From: a virus
Taxonomy: Duplodnaviria > Caudoviricetes
Reading direction: 5' to 3' (one strand)
IMG/VR virus record: IMGVR_UViG_3300049789_000029
Coordinates: 1-55,910 of that record
Length of the DNA stretch: 55,910 nt
Both the position numbers and the translations under genes were made by a program. Positions 36,046-45,684 of the stretch are shown piece after piece (the first letter of the stretch is position 1; each line of letters begins with the position of its first letter). The notes under the pieces are model-generated. The model was given only the letters and a program-made list of their open reading frames with translations, ran no database searches and had not been told where the DNA came from.

Positions 36046-36228
36046 ATGAACGACACAAAGAAACACATCATCTGGGCAACGGCTTTCACGGCCATTGCAT
36101 ACATCGTCTGCCTGATGGTTGTCGGAAGCGTCAAGTCCTGCAACCAGTTGGAAGGCGAATACATCAAAGCCGGATTCGTCTACGTTCCGGCAAATTCTCA
36201 AGGGCATTGGGAGAAGGTCCGGGAATGA
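36046..36228 (+). CDS. Small membrane protein
   Basis: One TM helix. Confidence 0.55.
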   Translation: MNDTKKHIIWATAFTAIAYIVCLMVVGSVKSCNQLEGEYIKAGFVYVPANSQGHWEKVRE

Positions 36229-36364
36229 AAGCCTTCTACTTCTGGATTGGAACAAGCTCTCTGCTTTTGCTGGGAGCTTTGTTCTTTAAAAACCTACCCG
36301 TCCTCCAAGGCTGGATGCTGACTCTGTTCCTTCTGGCCTTGGTTGTCGGATTCATGATCAAACT

Positions 36365-36841
36365 ATGCCGTGGACAGTAAAACGCAAAACGATTCCGGCA
36401 TTTGACAGGTTCATTCGAAAACTACGACGATGTGATAACGGATGCTGGAAGTGGTGCGGACACGTCAACAAGCAACTGGGTTATGGCTTCTTCATGGTGA
36501 AGAGGCCCGCTCCAGTATTGGCGCATCGGTTTTCCTTTGAAGCGTTTCGCTATCCCATTCCCACAGGAATGACTATCGATCATCTCTGTCGCAACCGATG
36601 GTGTGTAAATCCATTTCATCTGCAAGTGGTGACGATCAGAGAAAACATTCTGAGGGGTACAGGTCAAAGCGCACGCAATGCAGTCAAGACACATTGTAAA
36701 TTCGGTCACGAATTCACCAAGCAGAACACATATCTTACAGGAACAGGCGGCAGGCAGTGCCGAATTTGCAGGAGGCTTCGATTTATTCTGTGGTCATGTA
36801 AAACGAAAGGAAATCATTCCAAAGCTTCTGCCGCTGGGTGA
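36365..36841 (+). CDS. HNH endonuclease
   Basis: GCWKW, AHRFSF, IDHLCRNRWCVNPFHL, KTHCKFGH, RQCRIC. Confidence 0.9.
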   Translation: MPWTVKRKTIPAFDRFIRKLRRCDNGCWKWCGHVNKQLGYGFFMVKRPAPVLAHRFSFEAFRYPIPTGMTIDHLCRNRWCVNPFHLQVVTIRENILRGTGQSARNAVKTHCKFGHEFTKQNTYLTGTGGRQCRICRRLRFILWSCKTKGNHSKASAAG

Positions 36842-39800
36842 CTGACTTGGAGTAGAGCGCGAACGTCTTCGGGTCCATATCCTGCAACCACTGCATCTCA
36901 TTCTTCCAGCTTCCAGTGAGCGGACGCTTCGCCCATAACCGCATGGCCTTCAAAATCTGGGCATCGTTGCGCCCTTTCTTCAGAGCTTCGAAGTTCGCCC
37001 GCGCTGCTTTGATGTCACCACTACGCAGTGCGCTTCTCAGCTTCGCATAACTGGGTTCATCAGTCGGAACCTGCATGAACCCGGTGTCCTTCTTCAATCC
37101 GTGCTTCTCAACAAACTCCTCCGCCAGATGTTGCGCCTGAACCAAGGCTGATTCCCCGGGCTGAACTTTGAGTCCACCTGCACCCAGCAAGCGCTGTTGA
37201 ATCGCTCCGGGCGGAGGAGGTGACACCATGGACGGCGCAATCTTGCTGGCGATGTATCGGGCGGGTGTCCCCAGTGAAATCGGTGCGGGTGCCAGTTGGC
37301 TCCCCATCTCCTTCGCAAATCCCCAACTGCTGGTGAGCCGCTGACCTTGCGCATTCTCCCGCGTGCCAAGAACCCACAGGAGCCGCCCCAGCGGTCCAAG
37401 TTTGTTGGCTCCCACCTGCCGGAATCCTTCCACAACCGTTGGCTTGCTGCTGGAGAGCCGCTGGATGTCGTGCGTCACTTCCGCAAAGACAGACATCGGA
37501 GACACCCAGAAGCCTGAGTCTTCCCCTGTCGGAATCCATGCGTCCAGCTTGTGACCCTCTTCCTCGTTCTGGAACGTGAGCTTGCGCCTCGTCATCAGGT
37601 TCAGCAGTTGGGTGAGCACCAGGTAACTGACAAATCCCTTGGCCATGCCTGAACCCAGAGCGCCCATGACCGGCTGGCCCTTGTAAATCGAGTAAGGGGC
37701 TTTCGCAATCCGTCCGTAGGTTCGCAGTTCCTTCTGAACCAATCCTTCCACCCACTGCGGAGCCAAGAACACAATCTGCGAGAGTTCGCGCAACGTGGGG
37801 TTCCTGATCCACCCCTGTCGTCCCAGTGATCCGTAATAGATGTTCACATCCTTGACGACATCGCGCATCAGCTTCCCGGCATCCATGTTCGGATACTTCT
37901 TGTTGAGCTTCTCAAACGAACGCACAGCCGATTCAGCCATGAGTCCACGAGTGAGCTTATCGAATGTGAACTTGTTCAGCGTGCCGATGATCGGCCAGCT
38001 TCGAACAAGGTCGGAGTAAATCGCATCCTGAATCCGTCCAACGTTCAAGCCCTGCTTCTGCATCGCGTTCAGGATTTCACGGCGAGTGTATCTCAGCGTT
38101 CGTCCTGCGATGTTCACATTGACCGGCGCGTCCGCCCATGCCGCTTGCTTGGGAGTGACGTAGCCTTGTCTGATTGCGTTGGGAAGATCGGCGGCTCTGT
38201 ATTCCAGTGCTGACCATCCTCCACGGAAACCGGCTTCCTTCGGACCCATCATGGAGAGAGCATACTGGCCAAGGCGTCCCGGGTGGAACGTGTCCAAGAT
38301 CAGGATGACTCCGTGCTTCAGTAGTCCGCTGAAGGCCAATGCCACACGTCCGCCCGCTGACTTCGAAATCTTTCCGGGCTGTGTCATCGCGTCCAGAACG
38401 TCCGTGTATCCCTTGCGCACAGCGAACGGTTCTTGTCCGTGAGCCAGCGCATAGAGTTCGTAATTGTTGTTCGGCGGCTGGGGCTTCCCGTTCTTCTTCA
38501 CCGGCTGTGCGATGACAGCTTCACCTGACACTGGGTCTGTGACACCGTAGAGGGATTTCATCCACAGGTCACGGTTGACGAACTGCCGTCCGGCTCGGAC
38601 TCGGTGTTCAACCAAGTTGGAAATGTCGTAGTCCTTCGGGATGTAAGGTCCGGCCTGAATCGCAGAGTAGTAGTTGTCGAAGAGTCGTGGCTTGCGGAAG
38701 TTTCTTCCAAGCACCTGTTCTCCAAACATGACGTTCTTGTCGTTGAAGAATTCCGCATCGTATCTGCCGGGGACATAATCACGAACGGGTTCAATCTTCA
38801 CACCGTTCAGCAATTCGAAATTCATTTGCGAGTCCAACTCTTCCCGCGCCACTCGCGCCACTTCACGAAGGTCGGTGTCGTTCCAATGGGCCTTCGCATA
38901 CTCAACTTCCGCCTTCAACTTGTCGGCTGCTTCAATCCATCGCTTGGCGATGATGGCATCCTCTGGAGCAACACCGGCAATCATCCGTCCACGGTTCAAC
39001 AGGAGTTCAGCTTTTGCGCGTCCACGAGCGATGGAAGCCAAGAACGTGTCCAGTCGCGCTCTGTCTCCGCCAGCCGATAGCATTGCCTTGGCCGCTGCTC
39101 TGACCATCGGGTCTTTCGATTGAACACGAACGGCGTTGCCGACTTGTCGCGCATCGTTGTTGGCCAGCGTCTCAGCGCCGTCTCTCCACCGAACGATGTC
39201 AGCGGTTGTCTGGCGACGTTTGTTCCATGCGTAGAGACCGCCAACGATTTTCAGGAACTCGTCTTCAGCGTACTGCTTGCTCTTGCGCAGAGCTTTCGGA
39301 GCGGACTCTTCACGAGGGTATGGCCAGTTCTCCTCCGGTGTTTCCACCTTCGGAGCGTGAGCCATCTTGTTGACGAAATTCCGTTGACGCTTGGTGAGCA
39401 TCTCCGGAGGAGTAGGAGGAGGAAGCGTGGGTTCCGGACCCGTACCCTTGGGGAGCGTGAGGTTTGGATCAACTGTCGGCGGGATTCTCTCCCGCATCGT
39501 TAGCTCGCGGCCTGTTTGGGTTGCTGCGCCCGCTTGCGATTCGCTTGGAAAAGTTCTTCCAGTTTCCGGTGCGTATCTTTGGATGGCTTGCGCAACGAAG
39601 TCGCCTGAGCTTTCGGATTTTTTGGCAAGGTCATAGAGTTCGTCAAAGGCTTGATCCTTCGCTTGATCTGGCGGGAGATTCCATCGCTCTTGAAGAGCGT
39701 CAGTGACTTTCTGTAACGTCGTGATCGTCTGCCAGTCCCGGCCAGTGAGAGTGCCCGATTCGAACTTCGCGTGGAGCGCGTCAACCAAGAGGCGCACGTC

Positions 39801-42800
39801 GTCCGGTGATTCGATCTTCGAGACTTCATCGTAAAGGTTATCGAGGAATGATTGCGCTTCAGCATCGGTCAACTTGCCTCCAGTTTCAAGTACGCTGGGC
39901 ACAGAAGTTTCAACGTTCCCTTCCAACTTCCCAGCGTCTTCTGATAGAGAAGCCTCAGCCGTCGCGTTCTCCGCTTGCCGGTTACGAGCTTCTGTCAGGA
40001 ACTCCTGTCCGAATTCCTCGCGGTTTTTGTATGACTTGCGAAAGTTCTGTACCGGCTCATCGAGGAGAAAGGAATAGATCGGCTTGTAACGCCTGAGCAT
40101 GGACGGCAACGGGCTGTGCGTCTGTCCCGGCGATGCCGGGTCAAGAAGCACGGCTCCCCGTCGTGGATCACGGAACGTAGAGACGAGTTCGATCTTGCCA
40201 GTCTTCGGGTCAAGAAGTGCAGTCAGCCGTTTCGTGACGGAAACTGGAGGAGCCTTCTGTTGATAGGTCCGTCCGCCACGGGTGATCTTCGTGCTGGCTT
40301 CGGAGCGTGCATCAGATGTCAGCTTTCTGCCAAGGACTTGAACGTTGCTCAATTCATCCGGAGCAATGGCGGACATGGCTGGCTCTTCGCTCTGTCTCCA
40401 AAAACCGATTTCATCCGCGCCAACATCCTTACGGTTCCAAGCTTTCTTACCCTCTTCGGCTGAACGGATCAGCTTCTCACCCAGAAGTGAGATGACGGCA
40501 TTGCGGTACTTCTGTGCCGGAGTCTTGGCCTGAGCTTCGATGGCACGAACACCTTTTGGTCTTCGGCCCAAAGGTTCGAACGACAGACGTGGCTTAACTG
40601 CTGGCAGTTCGGGAAGTGGATCAGCGATGGCCTGTGTGTGACCGACTTCTTTTCCAATTCCGAACGCGGAGCGGAGCCGTGATAATTCTGTGCCCGGAGC
40701 CTTCATCAGGTAATCCCACACGCCAGAGACCCAAGCGTCACGCAACTGTCCGGGCTGCACGTCACCGTATTTGGCCTTGACCTGATTGGAGAAGCTTTCG
40801 AAGTCCGGGCGCTGCACGCTGGCAACAAAGTTCTTTGCCTCCTGTGTGGCTGAACCTCCTTTGAACGTCATCGGATGAAGACTCCCGCCGCCAAGCTCTG
40901 CTTGGATTTCTCCAGTCACAGCTTTCGGTGTGATCGGCGCGTGAGTCTCGCGGGACTCGCCTGCACCCATCGGCGGCAGGAAAAATTCAGGATGTTCCTT
41001 CGGAGCCTTCCCCTTGCGCATGGCTGCTGGCTCAGTCTGTAGTCGCTCCACTTCAGCCAGAGGTGTTCCGCTCTGGTAATCCAATGGCGTGACGCCTTCA
41101 ACTTCCGGTTCCGCCTTGGCTCTGTCACGCTCGACAGCATCCATCAATCCCTTCCCTTCTTCCCGCGCTCCAACTCCATGCTTAATGGCAATCTCTCCGA
41201 ACTCCTTCAGTGTCTTCGCTCCCGTTTCCTTGGCTTCGTCAATCGCTCTCCGCCATTTGATAGCTTCGCGAGCAAACTGGTTCTTCATCCCGGCCTTCAT
41301 GCCGTTCTGCATCACCTCTGTTGCAGCGCGATTGTACTCTTCAGGATCATCGATCTGCCGCCTCAAGTCTTCCAACTTGCCGTGGATGTTCTTCTGTTCG
41401 GCCATGGCGTCCTTGCCAGCCTGTTCCAAGGTCGGGATGTCTTCAGCCGTGATTCGCTCGCCAATCAGGTAAGCGTCTTCAGTGCTCTTGGCCTGATCGA
41501 TTTCATTTCGTGCCTGATCCTTGCGCAGTGCTGCCGGAGTTGATCCACCAGCAATAGCCTTGGCCACATCCAGATTGCTCTGCATTCGGTCAATGATAGC
41601 TTTGCCCGTACCAGCGGCCTTGGTGCCGAAAGCTTCACGGGTTCCACGGATGGCCGACTCCACGGCGGTCAATCCTTTGAGCGTCCACTTCTCGCGGAAC
41701 GCCGCTTCAGCAATCTCTCGTGGTTCCATGCGGGCAAGCTGTTGCATCCGGAACCGAATCGCTTCATGTCCAAGATCAGTGGCGGACAGTGCGCTTGGCT
41801 CACTCGGAACTCCCCAGCGTCCGCTGTACCGACGCATGACGATGGCCTTTTCCGGGCCAGTGAGTGTCCCCCAATAGGACTTGGCTGAAGTGTCGTCAAC
41901 AGACAGATGGATGCGCTCTTCCCAGAGCAACGAACGAACAGCTTTACTTCGTGCTCGCTCCGGGACGCTCTTGAGCCAGGCGGAGAACTCCGCTGAGTTG
42001 ATGACAATGGAACCATTCTTTCGGTTGATCGTGGCAATCTCTCCAGCGAACGGTTGACCCGGTTCTGTGGCCGACACGAATTCAATCGGAGAATCAATCC
42101 CTTGACGTTCAGCCTCAAGATACTTGGCGTCCTCTTCGTTCAGTGGAACTTGTGTTTCTTTGGCCACTCCTTTTTTACTCCCTCGTGTGCCAGCTTTTTT
42201 GCCACTTGGCGTGACGGGCACTTGCCCCGGGCTTTCTCCGGGTTGTGTTGGCACATTCGGAAGAATCGGTTCTGCTTCGGGGTGTAAGGCATAGGTTACG
42301 TCCTCAAGTTGCTGCCGGAGTGAACGCGGCATTTGTGGATTGTTGACTGACTCCCACAGGTTGCGGTAAGCGATTCTCTGGACATCTCCCTGTGTTAGAG
42401 GCACTCGTTCTCCAACGGTGCGTCCAAGGTTCTTGGCTTCGGGAAGTCCAACCAGTCCACCCATTCCCACCTCTCCGGTTCCCTCAATGTATTTCTGAAC
42501 GTCTCCTTCAGCGTATGCCTCTCCAAGTTTTTCGGCTCCGCTCTTGACCATGCCGGGAGCGAACGCCAGTCCAAGCAGTCGTTGAATGAACGGGCCAGCG
42601 CCAGCGGTGTAGAGACCCAGAGGCGAGTTGAGAAATCGTCCCGGGCTTGTCAGCAGGTTGAACGTGCCAGCGGCCACTCGTGCTCCGGTCTTGTTGGGAA
42701 TGATGCCCTGCCACTCTTCAGCAGACAAAGGTTCAGGCATCGGAATCAGCGGCTCCTGAGCGGCCTCCATCAATTCGTGTCCGGCAGAACCACTTGGAGC

Positions 42801-43016
42801 AAGCGGCATCCCATACTCCTTAGCCATGTACAATCCAAGATCGGCACCAGCTTCCGGCATCATTGGAGGGACGACGGCTGGCTGGAGCATCCGCTCCATC
42901 ACCTGCTTGTCTTGTTCCGTGGGTTTGGACTGTGGGGCGAAATCCTCTTCGCTGAACGTTAAGCTCTTTGAAGAAGGTTCGGTTCCGAAATCATTCTCTG
43001 TGAAAGAGAGCGGCAT
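36783..43016 (-). CDS. Giant internal virion / DNA ejection protein (2077 aa)
   Basis: Size, helical composition, last gene of a podovirus-type tail block. Confidence 0.65.
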   Translation of the reverse strand: MPLSFTENDFGTEPSSKSLTFSEEDFAPQSKPTEQDKQVMERMLQPAVVPPMMPEAGADLGLYMAKEYGMPLAPSGSAGHELMEAAQEPLIPMPEPLSAEEWQGIIPNKTGARVAAGTFNLLTSPGRFLNSPLGLYTAGAGPFIQRLLGLAFAPGMVKSGAEKLGEAYAEGDVQKYIEGTGEVGMGGLVGLPEAKNLGRTVGERVPLTQGDVQRIAYRNLWESVNNPQMPRSLRQQLEDVTYALHPEAEPILPNVPTQPGESPGQVPVTPSGKKAGTRGSKKGVAKETQVPLNEEDAKYLEAERQGIDSPIEFVSATEPGQPFAGEIATINRKNGSIVINSAEFSAWLKSVPERARSKAVRSLLWEERIHLSVDDTSAKSYWGTLTGPEKAIVMRRYSGRWGVPSEPSALSATDLGHEAIRFRMQQLARMEPREIAEAAFREKWTLKGLTAVESAIRGTREAFGTKAAGTGKAIIDRMQSNLDVAKAIAGGSTPAALRKDQARNEIDQAKSTEDAYLIGERITAEDIPTLEQAGKDAMAEQKNIHGKLEDLRRQIDDPEEYNRAATEVMQNGMKAGMKNQFAREAIKWRRAIDEAKETGAKTLKEFGEIAIKHGVGAREEGKGLMDAVERDRAKAEPEVEGVTPLDYQSGTPLAEVERLQTEPAAMRKGKAPKEHPEFFLPPMGAGESRETHAPITPKAVTGEIQAELGGGSLHPMTFKGGSATQEAKNFVASVQRPDFESFSNQVKAKYGDVQPGQLRDAWVSGVWDYLMKAPGTELSRLRSAFGIGKEVGHTQAIADPLPELPAVKPRLSFEPLGRRPKGVRAIEAQAKTPAQKYRNAVISLLGEKLIRSAEEGKKAWNRKDVGADEIGFWRQSEEPAMSAIAPDELSNVQVLGRKLTSDARSEASTKITRGGRTYQQKAPPVSVTKRLTALLDPKTGKIELVSTFRDPRRGAVLLDPASPGQTHSPLPSMLRRYKPIYSFLLDEPVQNFRKSYKNREEFGQEFLTEARNRQAENATAEASLSEDAGKLEGNVETSVPSVLETGGKLTDAEAQSFLDNLYDEVSKIESPDDVRLLVDALHAKFESGTLTGRDWQTITTLQKVTDALQERWNLPPDQAKDQAFDELYDLAKKSESSGDFVAQAIQRYAPETGRTFPSESQAGAATQTGRELTMRERIPPTVDPNLTLPKGTGPEPTLPPPTPPEMLTKRQRNFVNKMAHAPKVETPEENWPYPREESAPKALRKSKQYAEDEFLKIVGGLYAWNKRRQTTADIVRWRDGAETLANNDARQVGNAVRVQSKDPMVRAAAKAMLSAGGDRARLDTFLASIARGRAKAELLLNRGRMIAGVAPEDAIIAKRWIEAADKLKAEVEYAKAHWNDTDLREVARVAREELDSQMNFELLNGVKIEPVRDYVPGRYDAEFFNDKNVMFGEQVLGRNFRKPRLFDNYYSAIQAGPYIPKDYDISNLVEHRVRAGRQFVNRDLWMKSLYGVTDPVSGEAVIAQPVKKNGKPQPPNNNYELYALAHGQEPFAVRKGYTDVLDAMTQPGKISKSAGGRVALAFSGLLKHGVILILDTFHPGRLGQYALSMMGPKEAGFRGGWSALEYRAADLPNAIRQGYVTPKQAAWADAPVNVNIAGRTLRYTRREILNAMQKQGLNVGRIQDAIYSDLVRSWPIIGTLNKFTFDKLTRGLMAESAVRSFEKLNKKYPNMDAGKLMRDVVKDVNIYYGSLGRQGWIRNPTLRELSQIVFLAPQWVEGLVQKELRTYGRIAKAPYSIYKGQPVMGALGSGMAKGFVSYLVLTQLLNLMTRRKLTFQNEEEGHKLDAWIPTGEDSGFWVSPMSVFAEVTHDIQRLSSSKPTVVEGFRQVGANKLGPLGRLLWVLGTRENAQGQRLTSSWGFAKEMGSQLAPAPISLGTPARYIASKIAPSMVSPPPPGAIQQRLLGAGGLKVQPGESALVQAQHLAEEFVEKHGLKKDTGFMQVPTDEPSYAKLRSALRSGDIKAARANFEALKKGRNDAQILKAMRLWAKRPLTGSWKNEMQWLQDMDPKTFALYSKSVTQRQKLWNDFLSFYMTTE

Positions 43017-43019
43017 CTC

Positions 43020-43883
43020 TTACTGTTGGAACTCTTCATTAACTGCGTCAATGATTTCTTCTCGCGTCCAATCCGGGTTCTCATTGGCAAGTTCGTTGGC
43101 GCGTTGAGCTTTTTGAGCGGAGAGCGACGGACCGGCAGGAGCGGCTGCTGCTGTCGGAAGCGCGGATTCGGAACCCGCTTTACCTGCCTTGAGCTTGATC
43201 ATTTCCATCGCGGCTTCAGCATCACTCATCGTGGGGATGTTGTGGATGCGAGGGATACCGTTTGGTCCGGGAGTTCCAAACACACCACGGATAGGTTGTC
43301 CATCGGCACCCAAGATCGGAAGGCTCCGGATGGATGTTGGAACCTTTGCTTGCTTGGGCATGATACGGAATTGATTCGGACCCGTTTGAATCGCGTCAAG
43401 GTCCGTCCTACCCGGCACCGGCTGTGCTCCGGTGAAACGGAACGGTTGCTTGAGCACGTTGGCGAGACCGGCTCCCGTAAGACCCAGTTGCGGTCCAAGT
43501 TCTGACCACACTTTTGTGGGGTCTTCTCCGGCTGAAATTCTCCGTGCTGCTTGCTGTTGAGCGGCTGACTTCATCGCCGCCATGGATACTTCGTGTTCGA
43601 ACGCCTGTTGCTCCTGATCCAACGAGCGAGCACGCAAACCAATTTGAGCCTGTTCGTACTGGTGCGAGACTTCAGCCTCATGTTGCTTGCGAAGACTCTC
43701 CTCTTCCTGAGCTTTGGCTTCTTGAGCCATCTGTTGAGAGGTGAGCATGGCCCGCACTCTGGCCGCTCGTGATTCCTCTGCCAGTTGTGCTCTTCCAAGA
43801 TCGATGCGTGCTCCCGTTCCCGCTGCTTCACCAAACTGAGCGGGAGTCACACTGAGCCAAGGAGGAATCGGATACGCTGGCAT
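43020..43883 (-). CDS. Putative internal virion (ejection) protein
   Basis: Start MPAYPIPPW (TAATG overlap); Ala/Gln-rich coiled coil. Confidence 0.55.
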   Translation of the reverse strand: MPAYPIPPWLSVTPAQFGEAAGTGARIDLGRAQLAEESRAARVRAMLTSQQMAQEAKAQEEESLRKQHEAEVSHQYEQAQIGLRARSLDQEQQAFEHEVSMAAMKSAAQQQAARRISAGEDPTKVWSELGPQLGLTGAGLANVLKQPFRFTGAQPVPGRTDLDAIQTGPNQFRIMPKQAKVPTSIRSLPILGADGQPIRGVFGTPGPNGIPRIHNIPTMSDAEAAMEMIKLKAGKAGSESALPTAAAAPAGPSLSAQKAQRANELANENPDWTREEIIDAVNEEFQQ

Positions 43884-44602
43884 TAGAACACTCCTCCTCC
43901 AACCGATGGCATCCACTGTCCCATCGGACTGTAGTGAGCACCGCCCGGACTCGACAGTGCAGCGCGTTCTCCAGCGCTCACGTACCACGGCAACTCTTCA
44001 GCGCCAGCGCCACCGCGAGCCAGCGCTTCCATGTGTTGTCCAGCAGCAGCCGGGTCGGGAGCGGAAGCATAAACGTTCGCCATAGTCTGTGCTTCCTGCA
44101 CCTGCTCCGGAGTGATGAACAAACTGGAGATGTCGAAAGGCTTGGCGATTGGACTGCGAGCGACGGCTCCGCTCAAGTTCTGTTCTCCAAGTCCAGTCAT
44201 GTTCAATGAGGTGAGACCTAGCGAGCGGAGCAATGCGGCTTCGGCATTTCCTGAACCGGAAGTCCCGGTGATGATCCCGCGCTCCGCCGCGTTCTGAGTG
44301 ATCTGGTTGATGACATCTTGCGGAAGTTCTCCACGAAGTTCGGAGCCGATGTTCTGGGAAGACTGTGCGGCCAAACCTGAGTAATCGGGAATCGCGACGT
44401 TGTAGTTATTGACCAGTTGGTCTTCCAGATAATTCGATACACCAGTGCCAAGGGTCTTGAGACCGGGGAGCGCGGCTGTGTCACCAGCTACGGCGCTCCC
44501 CATCGTAGCGACGGGAGACGGAACCTTGGGTTTCCCTCCGTAGGTAGGACTGTAATTGGTTCGTTGGCCCGGGAGAGTGGCCGGTCCGGACATTGTGATC
44601 AT
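43883..44602 (-). CDS. Putative DNA pilot/ejection protein
   Basis: Gly/Ala/Ser-rich; first of three genes after the adaptor. Confidence 0.55.
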   Translation of the reverse strand: MITMSGPATLPGQRTNYSPTYGGKPKVPSPVATMGSAVAGDTAALPGLKTLGTGVSNYLEDQLVNNYNVAIPDYSGLAAQSSQNIGSELRGELPQDVINQITQNAAERGIITGTSGSGNAEAALLRSLGLTSLNMTGLGEQNLSGAVARSPIAKPFDISSLFITPEQVQEAQTMANVYASAPDPAAAGQHMEALARGGAGAEELPWYVSAGERAALSSPGGAHYSPMGQWMPSVGGGVF

Positions 44603-45642
44603 ATCAGTGTTCCGATGCTTTTCTTTTCCAGCCGCGCACTGCCAAAAGGAGCAACTGAAATCGCTGGCTTCGTGACGCCAACGTAGTGCTTGAGTTCACC
44701 GTTCAACATGGCGATAGCGGCTTTGTGCCGGTCCATGGCCATCTGTTTTGCAACAGCCTTATCCACCTCCGAAAGACGAAGTGATTGGCACTCTTCGATC
44801 AGTGCCTCAAGGTTTTGGATGAGACAGTAATCGGTGTCGAAAGCGACAGGGATGAATTCCAGCTTGGCAATCGCTGTGACCTGAACCGTTGTTCCGGAGC
44901 CGGTGCCTTGGCAGCAGTTTAGCGGAACTGGATTCAAAAAGTAGCGCCTATACCAGCCAGTGGTTTCTCCCGGTTCCATCGTGAGCAAGAGAATCTCTTC
45001 ACCTGTGTCCGGATGCACCTGAAAGAACTGAACGTTGCCGTAGGTTTGATCCTTCTGAATGCCAGTGATCGTGTTGAGCATAGTGGGACACGACACAAAC
45101 GGAGCATCCAGCGGGACGTAAACTCCAATCAGTTTGTTTGTTCCGTCCTGTGTGTAAATCGTGTTGCTGTTGGAATCGAAGCCTTGGATCAACACGCGCT
45201 TGCCGATGTCACGGGAGTCCGTGAGCACGAGCTTCAGGATTTGCGGAGGATTCGAAAGATCACGGAATGTGGCAGCGTTGTTCCGGGAGTAGAACTGAAT
45301 CAATCCCGGGCAGTTCGTGAATCTCTTGGGCATCCTTCCGTTACCGAACTCCAGATATTCGAAGAACTGGTTGTTGACGGCAACGGGATGGTTGCACACG
45401 TTCACCGCTTCCAGCCGTGCGATGTCTCGCGGCAACGTAATGACCGGCTGAGTCCTGTCCACATTGAAGGCAATCTCCGCCCAAGTTCCCCACCATCCCT
45501 CATCACCTGCTTCCTTGGCGTAAAGTAATCGGCGTTGGGCGGAGTTCACAGCGTTGGCCACTCCGTTAATGTCGGACTGGCAGAGCCTCATCACGGTTGG
45601 AAGGCGGCTCATCCGGCAATCGTAAAGTCGCAATCGCTGCAT
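44599..45642 (-). CDS. Putative head-tail adaptor (tail tubular A-like)
   Basis: VNSAQRRLL, ITLPRD..LE, helical C-terminus; position. Confidence 0.5.
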   Translation of the reverse strand: MQRLRLYDCRMSRLPTVMRLCQSDINGVANAVNSAQRRLLYAKEAGDEGWWGTWAEIAFNVDRTQPVITLPRDIARLEAVNVCNHPVAVNNQFFEYLEFGNGRMPKRFTNCPGLIQFYSRNNAATFRDLSNPPQILKLVLTDSRDIGKRVLIQGFDSNSNTIYTQDGTNKLIGVYVPLDAPFVSCPTMLNTITGIQKDQTYGNVQFFQVHPDTGEEILLLTMEPGETTGWYRRYFLNPVPLNCCQGTGSGTTVQVTAIAKLEFIPVAFDTDYCLIQNLEALIEECQSLRLSEVDKAVAKQMAMDRHKAAIAMLNGELKHYVGVTKPAISVAPFGSARLEKKSIGTLI

Positions 45643-45684
45643 ACTCGTTCCTGCTGCTTTACTCCTCCCGTTCTGTTTTGGCAA

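Noticed and set aside
36783-43016. Virion RNA polymerase
   Set aside because: No DxDGD or T7-type catalytic motifs found by eye; cannot be fully excluded without structure prediction
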